Shown one piece after another: positions 50,001 through 59,414 of a stretch of 64,000 nt of DNA. The notes beneath the pieces were generated by a model. It made no database searches, had not been told where the DNA came from, and saw only the letters and a program-made list of their open reading frames with translations. The stretch is from IMG/VR virus record IMGVR_UViG_3300010163_000014, positions 1 through 64,000 of that record. The stretch is one strand, 5' to 3'. Both the position numbers and the translations under genes were made by a program. Source of the DNA: a virus (lineage: Duplodnaviria; Caudoviricetes). Within the stretch, counting starts at the first letter, position 1. Every line of letters starts with the position of its first letter.

Positions 50001-50514
50001 TATTCATCTTCTCATTTATGAATCCCTTACTGTGCCTGGCAAATGGGAGACTTTAGGTGGAGATGGATATTCCGATGCCACTGCATATTGTGGCATTTTT
50101 GATAGCAATTCTTCCTATCGAAACTATTTAGTCTCTGATCAATTTACTGATGTTGATTTGACAAATGAATCATTTGTCATTGAAAGATATTTTGATCATG
50201 AAGAAGATATTGGAGATCTCACTCTCACCTATAAATATAACATATTAGTTGGGGACTCTTTCTATGCAAAACTTGCTATGGGATTTCAAAAAGATCTCTA
50301 TGGCGAAATCATGATTGGCCAAGAACTTGTATGGAATGAAGATCATAGCGCATATAAAGCTAATTCTGCTATCTATGCGCCCCGTTTACATCAACTCCAG
50401 GCATGCTTATCTGGAGTGATAGAGTGGGATTTTGATAATCTGGATAATAAACTTACTCTGGCAGAAAACTGGTTGGCAATGCTGACCTTCCCTGGTACTA
50501 CAATTACACCGTAA
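47050..50514 (+). CDS. Putative tail fibre/receptor-binding protein (1154 aa)
   Basis: N-terminal half shares motifs with 45503-46939; late motif upstream (46983-46994). Confidence 0.6.
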   Translation: MANETYVYWDSKDIANGPLFDELLERILKTNPETFGYVKLHEDTQRDLIEYFRVDLDENGTPSDPEKIGNFVLYNYTNGPEEIPDNSVLPVLLRTSIMYLWGPYDPEQAEIKGPNYHRDILGYYQKWTLDVGDKLYVYSTQEPQWTKLTGEMQAQEQSKIIRSVFPPDPPTDPRILWLDCDKNFATLKKYDPDLGTWIEATIPGALHKIWYDTNHKEKDIYEYANDAIASVSKDYGMFLKHKMNELILIHISPDEKIQWDAILSMEEFLQIIKDREEECHEIIMTLYDEILGINALEKTARDTLKNYDDHVNEDESATPPHISHKKANMWDSKSDANHRHDIDPLVTIFGENVLTGTIDPRRLPDEIKERVIPIPDGIDSLANPISDEDRKGKYHLGNILLYDPDGNIENYKWYKIIDPEMLGTPAYVSGVLEFTHNWEDITTAEWKYVQNTPTTIAGYDLSATVYTKDEFEVIARNLISKLNDLDKALIYLMKPQGVPLPFNCKGEPRNSLIIQLGGYVNGQEVDFALHADGESDAIVEGANDDIAGLGFHTGEDTSYDNDDITSIYDMGKGMGSAWGLIYHTDKEENCHKGVNQKYFINFRQSFHTFAAFKGMGDNTAIITFASVKSALNPTKMDIGVYTTSSSATDINFNLEQKMSVVTILKNKGLGTSDENWIPVCWSECDPTDTQPFKTIGLVVYGDKTGYRAIYFKVTDAKINTEIVNIGSFQISEVYHIVPDYYQDASGKPCHCFTIDALDADNKISFINTRIFDLDSASATTIRRQYVSPNNVKVNCINNGFEVDNVNVTAMIVKPCDFDLDSRVNIGAFNFIDNETGHSGTLFYDFIRGKNDATHSGLFVRNVSEHTSEISLGELVPYDDFRSFYGFNHNEPVILTAANNTIAGKCAILEWTFNIVGHDDTSHQTVATWSEIWSPSNHFYDKGKCMITDIEPVTSPYAGTKESGKTRDLLKVTMNIDPEDGVPYDIHLLIYESLTVPGKWETLGGDGYSDATAYCGIFDSNSSYRNYLVSDQFTDVDLTNESFVIERYFDHEEDIGDLTLTYKYNILVGDSFYAKLAMGFQKDLYGEIMIGQELVWNEDHSAYKANSAIYAPRLHQLQACLSGVIEWDFDNLDNKLTLAENWLAMLTFPGTTITP

Positions 50515-50557
50515 AAATCGAACACAAGTAGTAATAAATCTCAAGGAGGCGATAACT

Positions 50558-50857
50558 ATGGATATGAGCGCAATTAATCAGTATATCAATCCCAATCTTC
50601 TTGTGCTGATTCCTGTTTTGTACATTATCGGTATGGTCATTAAGAGCTCTACCTCGATTGACAATAAGCACATTCCTCTTCTTCTCGGCATTCTCAGTAT
50701 CGTTCTCAGCCTGTTTGCTCTGTTTGCGACTACAGAGGTGAAGACTGTGGCAGATGGCTTTAATCTGGTCTTTGCTGGGATCACGCAGGGTGTGCTGGTA
50801 GCCGGCACTTCTGTCTATGCTAACCAGCTCTTCAAGCAGAATACTACTAAGGGCTAA
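50558..50857 (+). CDS. Phage holin (Hol44-like)
   Basis: LLVLIPVLYIIGMVIK...NKHIPLLLG...QGVLVAGTSVYANQLFKQ; three TM segments. Confidence 0.85.
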   Translation: MDMSAINQYINPNLLVLIPVLYIIGMVIKSSTSIDNKHIPLLLGILSIVLSLFALFATTEVKTVADGFNLVFAGITQGVLVAGTSVYANQLFKQNTTKG

Positions 50858-50956
50858 CTATGAGGGTAGTAGGGTATATCAGTCCCTACTACCCTCATTT
50901 TTAACAAAAAGATAAATCTGAGTGCATACTTACTTTATCATTCGGATAGAAAGGAG

Positions 50957-51451
50957 GTGCACAGAAAAGTGGATTTTCTCACAGTCTTCACGACTCTGGT
51001 TACTTGTCTGACTCCAATTGCAGTTGCATGGGGTGGATGGAAAGTAAGTCTGAGTCAAAAACAATCAAAAGAGTATCATGAATTGTTAGAGAAATATAAT
51101 AAAGAGCGAGCAATTGCGGAAGAAGAGAAAGAAAAAGCTATGCTTGTTCGAGAGGAGAGGCTAGAAAAGAAGATCAATGACCTAGAGAAGAAGGTCAATG
51201 ATCTTCTTAATAGTAGTGAATCCTCAGATCTTGATGAGCGGGTGGACAAATTGTATGATTTAACTGAAATCAATCACGATTATATCCAGACGGTGTCTAG
51301 TGTTGTCACATCAATTGGAGAGGGCTTGATTTCGAGTGATGTACTGAGTGGGGAGATGAAACAGTCGGTACATGATACGATTACCAAACATCGTGAAACT
51401 GAGAAAGATCTCGAACAACGGGTGTATAAAGCCTTCAAAGTCCGCTATTGA
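50957..51451 (+). CDS. Membrane-anchored coiled-coil protein next to the holin
   Basis: N-terminal TM helix plus coiled coil; late motif at 50903-50914. Confidence 0.65.
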   Translation: MHRKVDFLTVFTTLVTCLTPIAVAWGGWKVSLSQKQSKEYHELLEKYNKERAIAEEEKEKAMLVREERLEKKINDLEKKVNDLLNSSESSDLDERVDKLYDLTEINHDYIQTVSSVVTSIGEGLISSDVLSGEMKQSVHDTITKHRETEKDLEQRVYKAFKVRY

Positions 51452-51567
51452 TGTCAAATAGTGTAACCAGATGTCTTGAATTACATCTGGTTACACTATT
51501 TCTTATGCTGGAAGACAGTCATATAATTACTCAACAAACTAAAAACTTATATCGAGGTGAAATTTAA

Positions 51568-53124
51568 ATGACCATTGCAGATACCTTCGAGAAATTTAAG
51601 GCTGGCTGGCAAGCTGGTAATGATATCAATATCAATGCTGATGTCGTTGTATCTGAAGATCTTTCCACTGTAAAAGGTGTGACAATTACCGGTGTCCCGA
51701 ATGACTCTGGCACTCTACCGGCGATCACATTTAGCAATACCTTCGTGATGAATGGTAGTGGTATCTCCTTTAATAATGTGAAGATCATTTTTGATGGAGA
51801 TATCGGTATTAAATGCGATTCCCTTGGAATTGAGTTTAATGGCTGCGAGATTGAAGCCGGAGGATCTACGTTTGTCGATATTGCCCGGGTACCTAGTACT
51901 CAGGTAGCTCCTTCGAACTTTACTTTTACTAACTGTAATATCACCTGTGCAAATGCTTTTGCTATGGTTGGTAAGAGCGAATATGCTGTTGGCGGGTATT
52001 CCCATTACAGTGGTGCTTCTAGGCTATCCATTGAAGGGGGATCCCTTGTCACCGGTAGCTCGGATCCCTTTACTGTCTCTCAGCTATGTAAGGGATTTAG
52101 ACTATCTATTTCTCCTGTGCAGTATGATTGTGGGAGTGCTCAGCAGATTGTCCTACTGAATGCCGATGGTGCTGAGATCTTCATGTCTCAATTTGCAATT
52201 CCTGAGGACTTTATTGATCCCGCTAGTGACAAATTCCTAGTTCGAATTGCGATTGATAAGAAGTATCCTGCTCTGAATACTGGTCGAATTCAGATCAGTA
52301 ATATTGATGAGAATTATACTGATTGCATTGTGGTCAGTAATGCCGCAGCCCCGAATGGTAATCCTGGTGGCTATGCGGTTTTCTGTAATAGCAAGGGAAT
52401 TACCTTCACTGCAACCCTATTCAATTTTGATTGGGTTACCAATGTAGAGGATCTCAAGATTGCTCTACAGATGATCGAGTACTTGAGCACCAGTAGTAAG
52501 AATGCAGTTCTGAATCTCAGTACTCCGATCACTACTGATAAGCTTACAATTGCCTCCAGCTTTGTCAATCTAGTCGGTAATTTGACTGTTGATGAACTAG
52601 TTCTTGATCATACAGTCATGACAGTTACCACTGGTGGTACTCTGACTGTCAATAAGAAGCTGTTGATGGACAATCGATCCCTTGTGGATGATGATCTGAA
52701 GACTGGTGCTCTATCCATTCCCAACTATAAGGGCGAGTATCCGATTCGTGGTCCGTTCAATAGTTCTGCTCTGGCAGTAAATCCCATTCTGGATGGTACT
52801 GTTTCCGGATCTAATTCATTTACCAATGCAACTCTTCAGTTGCTGATCAATAAGTTTGGCAATCGTATCTTTATGATTGTCTTTGATAATAACTATAAAG
52901 TCTCTATTGGTTATAGCTCTTCTCAGCTCAAGAATGTAAATGACATTATTCTCGATTCTGTCGGTGGTGTTGATATGATTGGTATTCGACATTATGTCCC
53001 TCATCCGAATCGAGTCAATGAGTCTGTGAGCTATGTCACTTGGAAGCTAACTTCTTATATTCAGCAGGTTTCCATCCTCGATGAGGATATGCAGTGGAGG
53101 CCTGATATTATTCAAGTAATGTAA
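51568..53124 (+). CDS. Hypothetical beta-rich protein (518 aa), possibly virion-associated
   Basis: GAGGTGA RBS; repetitive V/I-x-F/I-x-N/G strands. Confidence 0.65.
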   Translation: MTIADTFEKFKAGWQAGNDININADVVVSEDLSTVKGVTITGVPNDSGTLPAITFSNTFVMNGSGISFNNVKIIFDGDIGIKCDSLGIEFNGCEIEAGGSTFVDIARVPSTQVAPSNFTFTNCNITCANAFAMVGKSEYAVGGYSHYSGASRLSIEGGSLVTGSSDPFTVSQLCKGFRLSISPVQYDCGSAQQIVLLNADGAEIFMSQFAIPEDFIDPASDKFLVRIAIDKKYPALNTGRIQISNIDENYTDCIVVSNAAAPNGNPGGYAVFCNSKGITFTATLFNFDWVTNVEDLKIALQMIEYLSTSSKNAVLNLSTPITTDKLTIASSFVNLVGNLTVDELVLDHTVMTVTTGGTLTVNKKLLMDNRSLVDDDLKTGALSIPNYKGEYPIRGPFNSSALAVNPILDGTVSGSNSFTNATLQLLINKFGNRIFMIVFDNNYKVSIGYSSSQLKNVNDIILDSVGGVDMIGIRHYVPHPNRVNESVSYVTWKLTSYIQQVSILDEDMQWRPDIIQVM

Positions 53125-53299
53125 TCAATTCGTTTGATAAATACATTATTTCCTTGATGGTAAAGTGTGGTTTAGTGATATCTTAATGAGTGAGGTAAAA
53201 TTATAGTTTTGGATTTACACCAACTATAATCCCTCTCTTGTGAGATTGACCTAAACCACACTTTATTTATCCGCTATATCAACGAAAGGAGTTTAGCAC

Positions 53300-53770
53300 A
53301 TGGATGAAATCAAAGCAAATGCCGTGAGCAATTCTGGTAAAGGCGTAGAGAAGATGTACGCCTATATCCAGGAGACCAAGCAGCAGACACTCAAGGGGGA
53401 ACGCAAGTTACATTGCGTTTGTCTCCACCAGAAAAACAAACAACCGTCTCTGAAACGTACTAATCGTTCTGATAAGGACGGCAATCCGATTTGGGTATGC
53501 CGTCGCTGTGGTGGTGAAATCAATCTCCAACAGATGAAGATCGAGGATCTTGAGAATGCAATCGCGATTGTCAGCCGAGCAATCGACATCATCAAGATCC
53601 TGTCCAATCCTGCTAATGATAAGGATGCCGAGTTCCTGAAGAAGATGAGTAAGGAACAGTATCGTCTGGAGGATGTCAAGAAAGCGTTTGTCACCGTTAC
53701 CACCGGTGGTAAGAAGAAGCGCAACAACAGCCAGCAGAGCGGACCTCGCGGGTCTACTTGGAAGGGTTAA
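53300..53770 (+). CDS. Hypothetical protein with a Zn-ribbon motif
   Basis: CVCLH...WVCRRCG; AAAGGAG RBS. Confidence 0.7.
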   Translation: MDEIKANAVSNSGKGVEKMYAYIQETKQQTLKGERKLHCVCLHQKNKQPSLKRTNRSDKDGNPIWVCRRCGGEINLQQMKIEDLENAIAIVSRAIDIIKILSNPANDKDAEFLKKMSKEQYRLEDVKKAFVTVTTGGKKKRNNSQQSGPRGSTWKG

Positions 53771-53838
53771 ATTAGATTCGTCCGGGTAAAGTAAAATTAC
53801 CCGGACGAATCATTTTTGTGGTAAAAGGAGATATTACG

Positions 53839-54813
53839 ATGGATTTTAACGAAGATGATCTGATTCTTGATCCTAACTCATTCCAAGATGAACCCAATGA
53901 ACAAGATGAGCTTATCCAGCACTCTGAAATGGAAGGTCCTCTTGATGAGAAAGATAAATCTAAAGATGAAAGTGTTGCCATCAAGATGATCGGTGTGGAT
54001 TTCATCGATGTTATGCTTGAGCGTGCCAACATTGAGAATGCTTATTATAACACACTGATTGTCGAAAGACTCAATCAGTGTAAGGATGAACATCAAAAGC
54101 TTTCTCTTGAAAGAGAGCGTACAATCATTCAGGATGCAATGGATATGCTCACTGATACTCTACTTGCTATCAGAGATTTTGTCGTTGAAAGTGATGATCA
54201 GTCGATCCCGGCTGATTCTTTGTCGATCTTGCCTTCTCTGATCAATAATATCATGGCCTGGAAGCCCATTGCGGCTTTGACCGGAGCTGAAGAAGAATGG
54301 AAGGATATGAGTAATGCTCCCGGATATAAGGATATGATCGGGAAGACCTGGTGGATCACTACTCAACATATTGAGGGTACCGGGATTCCGATCCAGAGTG
54401 TCCAGTATAATATCCGAGCGAGGACTATCCTTCGTTTCAATAATGATAACCGATTGGCACATCGTACAGATGCACAGCGGTTTGTTGATTCTGAATCTAT
54501 GCAGGAGATTCCTCCTCATATGATTCAGGCATCTCCTGTGAGATTTATCAAGTTTCCGTATGTCTTCACTCCCACTAACACGATTCTGATTAATACCAAG
54601 AATGGCGATGTTGTGGGGGTCACCAATCCTGGTAATATCGGGATCAACAGCAGTGCATATCCTGATTTCATCATGGATGCCATTCAGGAGGATAAGAAGA
54701 AGCATCCGGAGGATTATGATGATGCTCCGGATAATATCAATGAAATTTCTCAGAGTCTGTCTGATCAAGTGATGGCCTTCCTGAATGAGGATAACGGCGA
54801 GGACGACGAATAA
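53839..54813 (+). CDS. Hypothetical acidic protein
   Basis: AAAGGAG RBS before ATG at 53839. Confidence 0.75.
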   Translation: MDFNEDDLILDPNSFQDEPNEQDELIQHSEMEGPLDEKDKSKDESVAIKMIGVDFIDVMLERANIENAYYNTLIVERLNQCKDEHQKLSLERERTIIQDAMDMLTDTLLAIRDFVVESDDQSIPADSLSILPSLINNIMAWKPIAALTGAEEEWKDMSNAPGYKDMIGKTWWITTQHIEGTGIPIQSVQYNIRARTILRFNNDNRLAHRTDAQRFVDSESMQEIPPHMIQASPVRFIKFPYVFTPTNTILINTKNGDVVGVTNPGNIGINSSAYPDFIMDAIQEDKKKHPEDYDDAPDNINEISQSLSDQVMAFLNEDNGEDDE

Positions 54814-54865
54814 GATAAAATAAGAAGGGTGGGATAAAATCCCACCCTTCTTTGGAGGTATTATT

Positions 54866-55696
54866 ATGAAGGTCAAGATTAATTATTCTCAGTCACTACC
54901 CGGATCTAAGCATTATAACCTGTATGGATCATGGGTTTCAGAAAATGTCGCAACTCGGAAAGAAATCGACATCGTCCGCAACATGTATTGCGGATACTAC
55001 GGGATGTATATTACTCCCATTCCTGTCGATGAAAATTTCCGAATTCTTCTTAATAGCAATTGTGCTTTTCCTCATGAAAAGCAGCAGGTTGATCAATTTC
55101 CGGAAAATCTCCACATCTACTCTGCGGATTATGGTGAGAATCAAGAAATCTCCTGGATCACTAATATCCATTCGAAGTATATCGTTATGACCAATCGTTG
55201 GCATGGCAAACGTAAAGACAGATCGTATTATGTTCCATTTATCGTTGATGATCAAACTGTAAAACTTCTTCCGATTGAATTTAAACAGACACCGACAGGC
55301 ACAAGATTGTGCTATGTTTGTGCAAGTCGATTGATAAATCGATTCTCTCCTGATTTTACGTCGGTTGAATTATCCGACATCTTCTGGGAAGTGTCAAAGA
55401 TTGACACAAGCTATGTTGGGCCTTCACGGACATTGGAAAATACCTGCAAGATTGTCAAATATTGTCAACTTTTGTCGAGAGGAAGATGGCTTTCGACGGA
55501 TGGAGTTCGAATTCTTGAACTCAATGATCCACATCTTCCTGCTCATGAGGTAGATCCCGACTTCATGAATTTGATTCAAAAGATGGATGATTCTATCCCG
55601 GCTCTATTTCAAAAGAAAGCTGATATGATCTATCAATCAAATAAGGCTTATAAGGAATCAGTTAAGTCATTTGTGGAAGGTTGTGGAGCTCAATGA
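54866..55696 (+). CDS. Hypothetical protein (276 aa)
   Basis: GGAGG RBS. Confidence 0.75.
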   Translation: MKVKINYSQSLPGSKHYNLYGSWVSENVATRKEIDIVRNMYCGYYGMYITPIPVDENFRILLNSNCAFPHEKQQVDQFPENLHIYSADYGENQEISWITNIHSKYIVMTNRWHGKRKDRSYYVPFIVDDQTVKLLPIEFKQTPTGTRLCYVCASRLINRFSPDFTSVELSDIFWEVSKIDTSYVGPSRTLENTCKIVKYCQLLSRGRWLSTDGVRILELNDPHLPAHEVDPDFMNLIQKMDDSIPALFQKKADMIYQSNKAYKESVKSFVEGCGAQ

Positions 55697-56763
55697 AATT
55701 TATAAAACCAAAAAACTCTGCAGGTAATGATCACGCTCCGATACTCACAGCGTGGGATATCAGAACTTGCACTCCAATCATTGGTGGAAAAGAGTTTGAG
55801 TTTGTCAAAGATCAGTTTGCCAGGCCTTTGGTCCAATTGGCCCGAAATAACATGTTCGGGTTTGTCAGCCCGATTCCTATCTTCTTCAGTGTCAAGGATG
55901 GAACTGCAGCGTTTGGAGATCTACTACCCTATGTATCCGGCAGATACACCTATAACCTTCCGATCACCGAGGAACTCGCAAAGTGTACGGAAGATGAGAA
56001 TAAGGCCGATGCAATGTCTGAAATCCTAAATGACTATCTAAATGAAGATTTCCTTACTACCTGTAGTTGTATCAAAACCACTGAAGATGGGAAGCCGTAT
56101 GTAAACTTCTGGGTTACTGGTATTCTGCCCAAATTCATTGTCAAGATCCAATTCAATAGGAATGATGATGAAGAGTCTGGGTATTATATTCCAATGTATA
56201 GTGGAAATGGGCGCTACGATCTGTTTAGGTTCAGGAGATCTGATATCGGGCATTGTCCATTCTTCATTATGGACCAATATCCGACAGTTTCCAAAAGTAC
56301 TCGCACTTACAATTGTCATGATATCAGAAATGTTGGCGGAAGTATTCTGGCAGAACTTTTCAATGTGGATAAGATGAAAATTGGCCTTCCCACTTCACTT
56401 GAGAATGCCAAGAATATGATGATCTTTATGAGTACAGGTAGTATCTTCCCAATGGGGAGGATTAAATCTATCATTCTTTATGAGATTAAATATCAGGATG
56501 ATGACTTGTTTGATCCTGGAAAAGTTGATCCGCATTATATTGCTCTCTATGATCATCTGGAAGATATCGCAATCAAACACCTCTATACGACTAAACTCTC
56601 TAATACGAGAGTTGGTTCAGATGAGGAATATGATGGATCTTTAGAATACAATCGTGAGATCATTTGGGAGAAAGATCCAATCGGAATGCCCAAGACTCAT
56701 CTGGTCAAAGATTCTATAATTCCGACATACTCAATCGTAGTCGACGACAAGCCCGGGGAATAA
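55693..56763 (+). CDS. Hypothetical protein
   Basis: ATGA overlap with the upstream gene; terminator follows. Confidence 0.75.
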   Translation: MKFIKPKNSAGNDHAPILTAWDIRTCTPIIGGKEFEFVKDQFARPLVQLARNNMFGFVSPIPIFFSVKDGTAAFGDLLPYVSGRYTYNLPITEELAKCTEDENKADAMSEILNDYLNEDFLTTCSCIKTTEDGKPYVNFWVTGILPKFIVKIQFNRNDDEESGYYIPMYSGNGRYDLFRFRRSDIGHCPFFIMDQYPTVSKSTRTYNCHDIRNVGGSILAELFNVDKMKIGLPTSLENAKNMMIFMSTGSIFPMGRIKSIILYEIKYQDDDLFDPGKVDPHYIALYDHLEDIAIKHLYTTKLSNTRVGSDEEYDGSLEYNREIIWEKDPIGMPKTHLVKDSIIPTYSIVVDDKPGE

Positions 56764-56910
56764 CGCAAGGAAGAGATGGATGGGTGAAAAATCCCATCCA
56801 TCTCTTTTTTATAATTTCTAACTATGATTGATACATTATTAATAGGTAAGGATAGTCACCCACATATAACATATGAATAGCACATTCCATTTGCAAAATC
56901 CATTAGAAAG

Positions 56911-59400
56911 GTGTGTTTCATTTTGCCTGCAGAAATCTATCACGGTAGTAGTTTTCCTGCAAAGATGCCTAAACATGAAAAGAAACAAGATACCACACAG
57001 TATCTTGTAACTCAGGATAGGCAAGACAAGTTCTCTGATGATGTATACATGACAATGGCGAATCAAATTGAAGAGATTCGATCTTCTATTTCCATGTATG
57101 TATCTCCTTTGGGAACTCAGGGTGGTCTTCATCTCTGCAAAGAGATTATCAATAATGCCATTGATGAGGCTATGAATGCAGAGAGTAAGATCAACACCCG
57201 AAAGATCTATGTGACCTTTAATGAGGGAACCAGGCAGTTCACTATTACAGATGAAGGCCGAGGGATTCCTCTAGACTTTTTGAAAGATACCGTATGCAAG
57301 AAGCATATGGGAACCAAAACGATTGGTAAAGCCAATCGAAATAAAGACCTAGCCGGCATGAATGGCGTGGGTTTGACTGTTATTGCCGCTCTGTCTGACT
57401 ATATGTCTATCACTTCCTATCGTGGATTTAAGGCTAAAACGCTTGAATTCCATGATGGTGTTTTGAGTGAGGGCAAGGTTCAGACTTTAAAGAAAGAGAG
57501 ATATGGATTATCTGTATCCTCTATTCCATCTGAGAAATATCTCGGTCCGATGGATCTGACCAGAGATATCGTCGAGGATTATTTCAGACATATGTCTTAT
57601 ATCCTCCGAGGAGACATCTCTATCTATTATGAGGGATCTCTCGGAGATGATAAACATAAAATCCTTTATAAGAGAAGTGGTCTGAAGACCAATGTTGAAT
57701 ATTTATCCTCTTCTTTGGAGTTTGCTCCGGTTGAGGTAGAATGTGAGAATGAAGACTTCGGTCTAGAAGTTGCATTCAGTTATGATCGTTCTTTAGATGA
57801 GATGATTTGTGATTCCTATGCAAACTATATCATCACCACAGAAGGCGGAACTCATGAGCAAGTTGCTCAGAGAGCCATTTGTGAGTTCTTGAGTCGGGAA
57901 GCAAAGAAGCTAGATCCGACCAATAAGATTGAGATCAGCTATGACGATTGCCGGAAGGGGCTTGTCATGGCGGTCAATTGTCGTCATGTGAAACCGATTC
58001 TGGAAGGTCAGCACAAATCTAAACTGTCCAGTCAAGATGTCTTGAAAAGTGGACGGTATATGATTCAAAAAGTGCTGACTGCGTACTTCCATGAAAATCC
58101 TGGTCTATTGAGAAAGATCATTGGTTACCTCCGAAATGTAGCAAAAGCCCGTTTGGAGAGTAATAAGATCAAAGGTGTAAGCACCAGTCATAAGCCAATG
58201 TCACTCTTACAGGATGCAGAGATCAAAGGTTTCTTTAATATCTCCGACCGTTATTGGAAGGGATATAAAGAACTATATATATGTGAGGGCGATTCCGCTG
58301 CAGGTGCTCTGGAGAATTGTCGAAATAAGAAGTATCAGGCTCTATATGGAGTCATGGGTGTCACAGATAATATCTATGATATGTCTCTATCCCAACTGAT
58401 GAATGCCCCAACCTTTAGAAATCTTGTGACGATTCTTGGTTGTGGTATTGGAAAGGACTTCGATCTCAATAAGCTGAGATATAATAAGATTATCATCTGT
58501 GCTGACTCAGATTCTGATGGACGATATATCACCAGTTTGATTATGTGCTTCTTCCTGATCTTTATGCCAGAGGTTATTGAGGCTGGTAGACTGTTTAAAG
58601 CTATGCCCCCTCTGTATTTGCTGAAGAAAGATGGGAAGTTTAAGTATTATAAAGGCAGAGAGTTCTTGTATGATAAGCGTGAGCTGTATCAGATCGAGAA
58701 TACTGCCATTGCCAACAATGTCGAGTTTGCTCTTGATGGAGATAATAAGAATATCAAGAGAGGTTTGACAAAGAAGGAAGCTATTGACTGGTTGAATATG
58801 AATGCCGAGTATATGCTCGAGTTGAATAATCTGGCCGCTCGTTCTAGCTGTGGTCCTACCGTGGTCGAATACGCTGCATATTTCAAGCTGGTATGTGGTA
58901 AGGATGAGCAGAGGTTTAAGATGATGATTGAACGGCAATTCCCCGAGATGACCTATGATATTCAGACACAGTCTTTGTCTGGATCTTGGGATTTGAAGGA
59001 ATTCAGTCTGATTTGTGATAAACTCTTTATGAGATCTGCTGAACGGTATATGGCTCTCTTGGTTAAGAACCCGAGCCTATTCGTATATGTCAAGAATAAG
59101 AATGATGACTCTGATTACTATGATAAGATGACTATTGGTCAATTCCTTGGGTCCATGGGTGCCCAATATAGTCTTGGAATTGAGCAGAGGTTTAAAGGAT
59201 TAGGTGAGGCAGATGCATATCTGCTCTTTATGACCACCATGAATCCGAAAACTCGCAAACTTCTCCGTATCACAATGCCGGATAAGAAGAAAGCGGAAGA
59301 GGTCTTCCAGCTTCTACACCAGAAATCTGAAAAGATGATTGAGGCAAGACGAGATCTGTTAGATAATACCACGATCTCTTATGCAGATATCGATAACTAA
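56911..59400 (+). CDS. gyrB: Type IIA topoisomerase B subunit (GyrB/ParE-like); start codon uncertain
   Basis: GHKL motifs EIINNAIDE, DEGRGIP, AGMNGVG; TOPRIM ICEGDSA, ADSDSDG; QRFKGLGE. Confidence 0.92.
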   Translation: MCFILPAEIYHGSSFPAKMPKHEKKQDTTQYLVTQDRQDKFSDDVYMTMANQIEEIRSSISMYVSPLGTQGGLHLCKEIINNAIDEAMNAESKINTRKIYVTFNEGTRQFTITDEGRGIPLDFLKDTVCKKHMGTKTIGKANRNKDLAGMNGVGLTVIAALSDYMSITSYRGFKAKTLEFHDGVLSEGKVQTLKKERYGLSVSSIPSEKYLGPMDLTRDIVEDYFRHMSYILRGDISIYYEGSLGDDKHKILYKRSGLKTNVEYLSSSLEFAPVEVECENEDFGLEVAFSYDRSLDEMICDSYANYIITTEGGTHEQVAQRAICEFLSREAKKLDPTNKIEISYDDCRKGLVMAVNCRHVKPILEGQHKSKLSSQDVLKSGRYMIQKVLTAYFHENPGLLRKIIGYLRNVAKARLESNKIKGVSTSHKPMSLLQDAEIKGFFNISDRYWKGYKELYICEGDSAAGALENCRNKKYQALYGVMGVTDNIYDMSLSQLMNAPTFRNLVTILGCGIGKDFDLNKLRYNKIIICADSDSDGRYITSLIMCFFLIFMPEVIEAGRLFKAMPPLYLLKKDGKFKYYKGREFLYDKRELYQIENTAIANNVEFALDGDNKNIKRGLTKKEAIDWLNMNAEYMLELNNLAARSSCGPTVVEYAAYFKLVCGKDEQRFKMMIERQFPEMTYDIQTQSLSGSWDLKEFSLICDKLFMRSAERYMALLVKNPSLFVYVKNKNDDSDYYDKMTIGQFLGSMGAQYSLGIEQRFKGLGEADAYLLFMTTMNPKTRKLLRITMPDKKKAEEVFQLLHQKSEKMIEARRDLLDNTTISYADIDN

Positions 59401-59414
59401 AAGGAGAATCTATC

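Larger units (their letters stand above)
10891..50914. promoter_or_regulatory. Recurrent putative late promoter motif AACA-N6-TA (AR9-type)
   Basis: + strand 33765, 40726, 45447, 46983, 50903; - strand 10891, 26339, 32694, 33377; mostly upstream of structural genes or candidate sRNAs. Confidence 0.6.
6521..56840. promoter_or_regulatory. Recurrent putative early promoter motif RAYAYATYATT
   Basis: Intergenic copies oriented toward downstream genes: + strand 6521, 10925, 15230, 17414, 19352, 25036, 26359, 45211, 53140, 56830; - strand 22487, 24994, 38069. Confidence 0.7.

Noticed and set aside
45503-53124. Diversity-generating retroelement acting on tail fibres
   Set aside because: No reverse transcriptase and no template/variable repeat pair with adenine-specific differences seen in the window.
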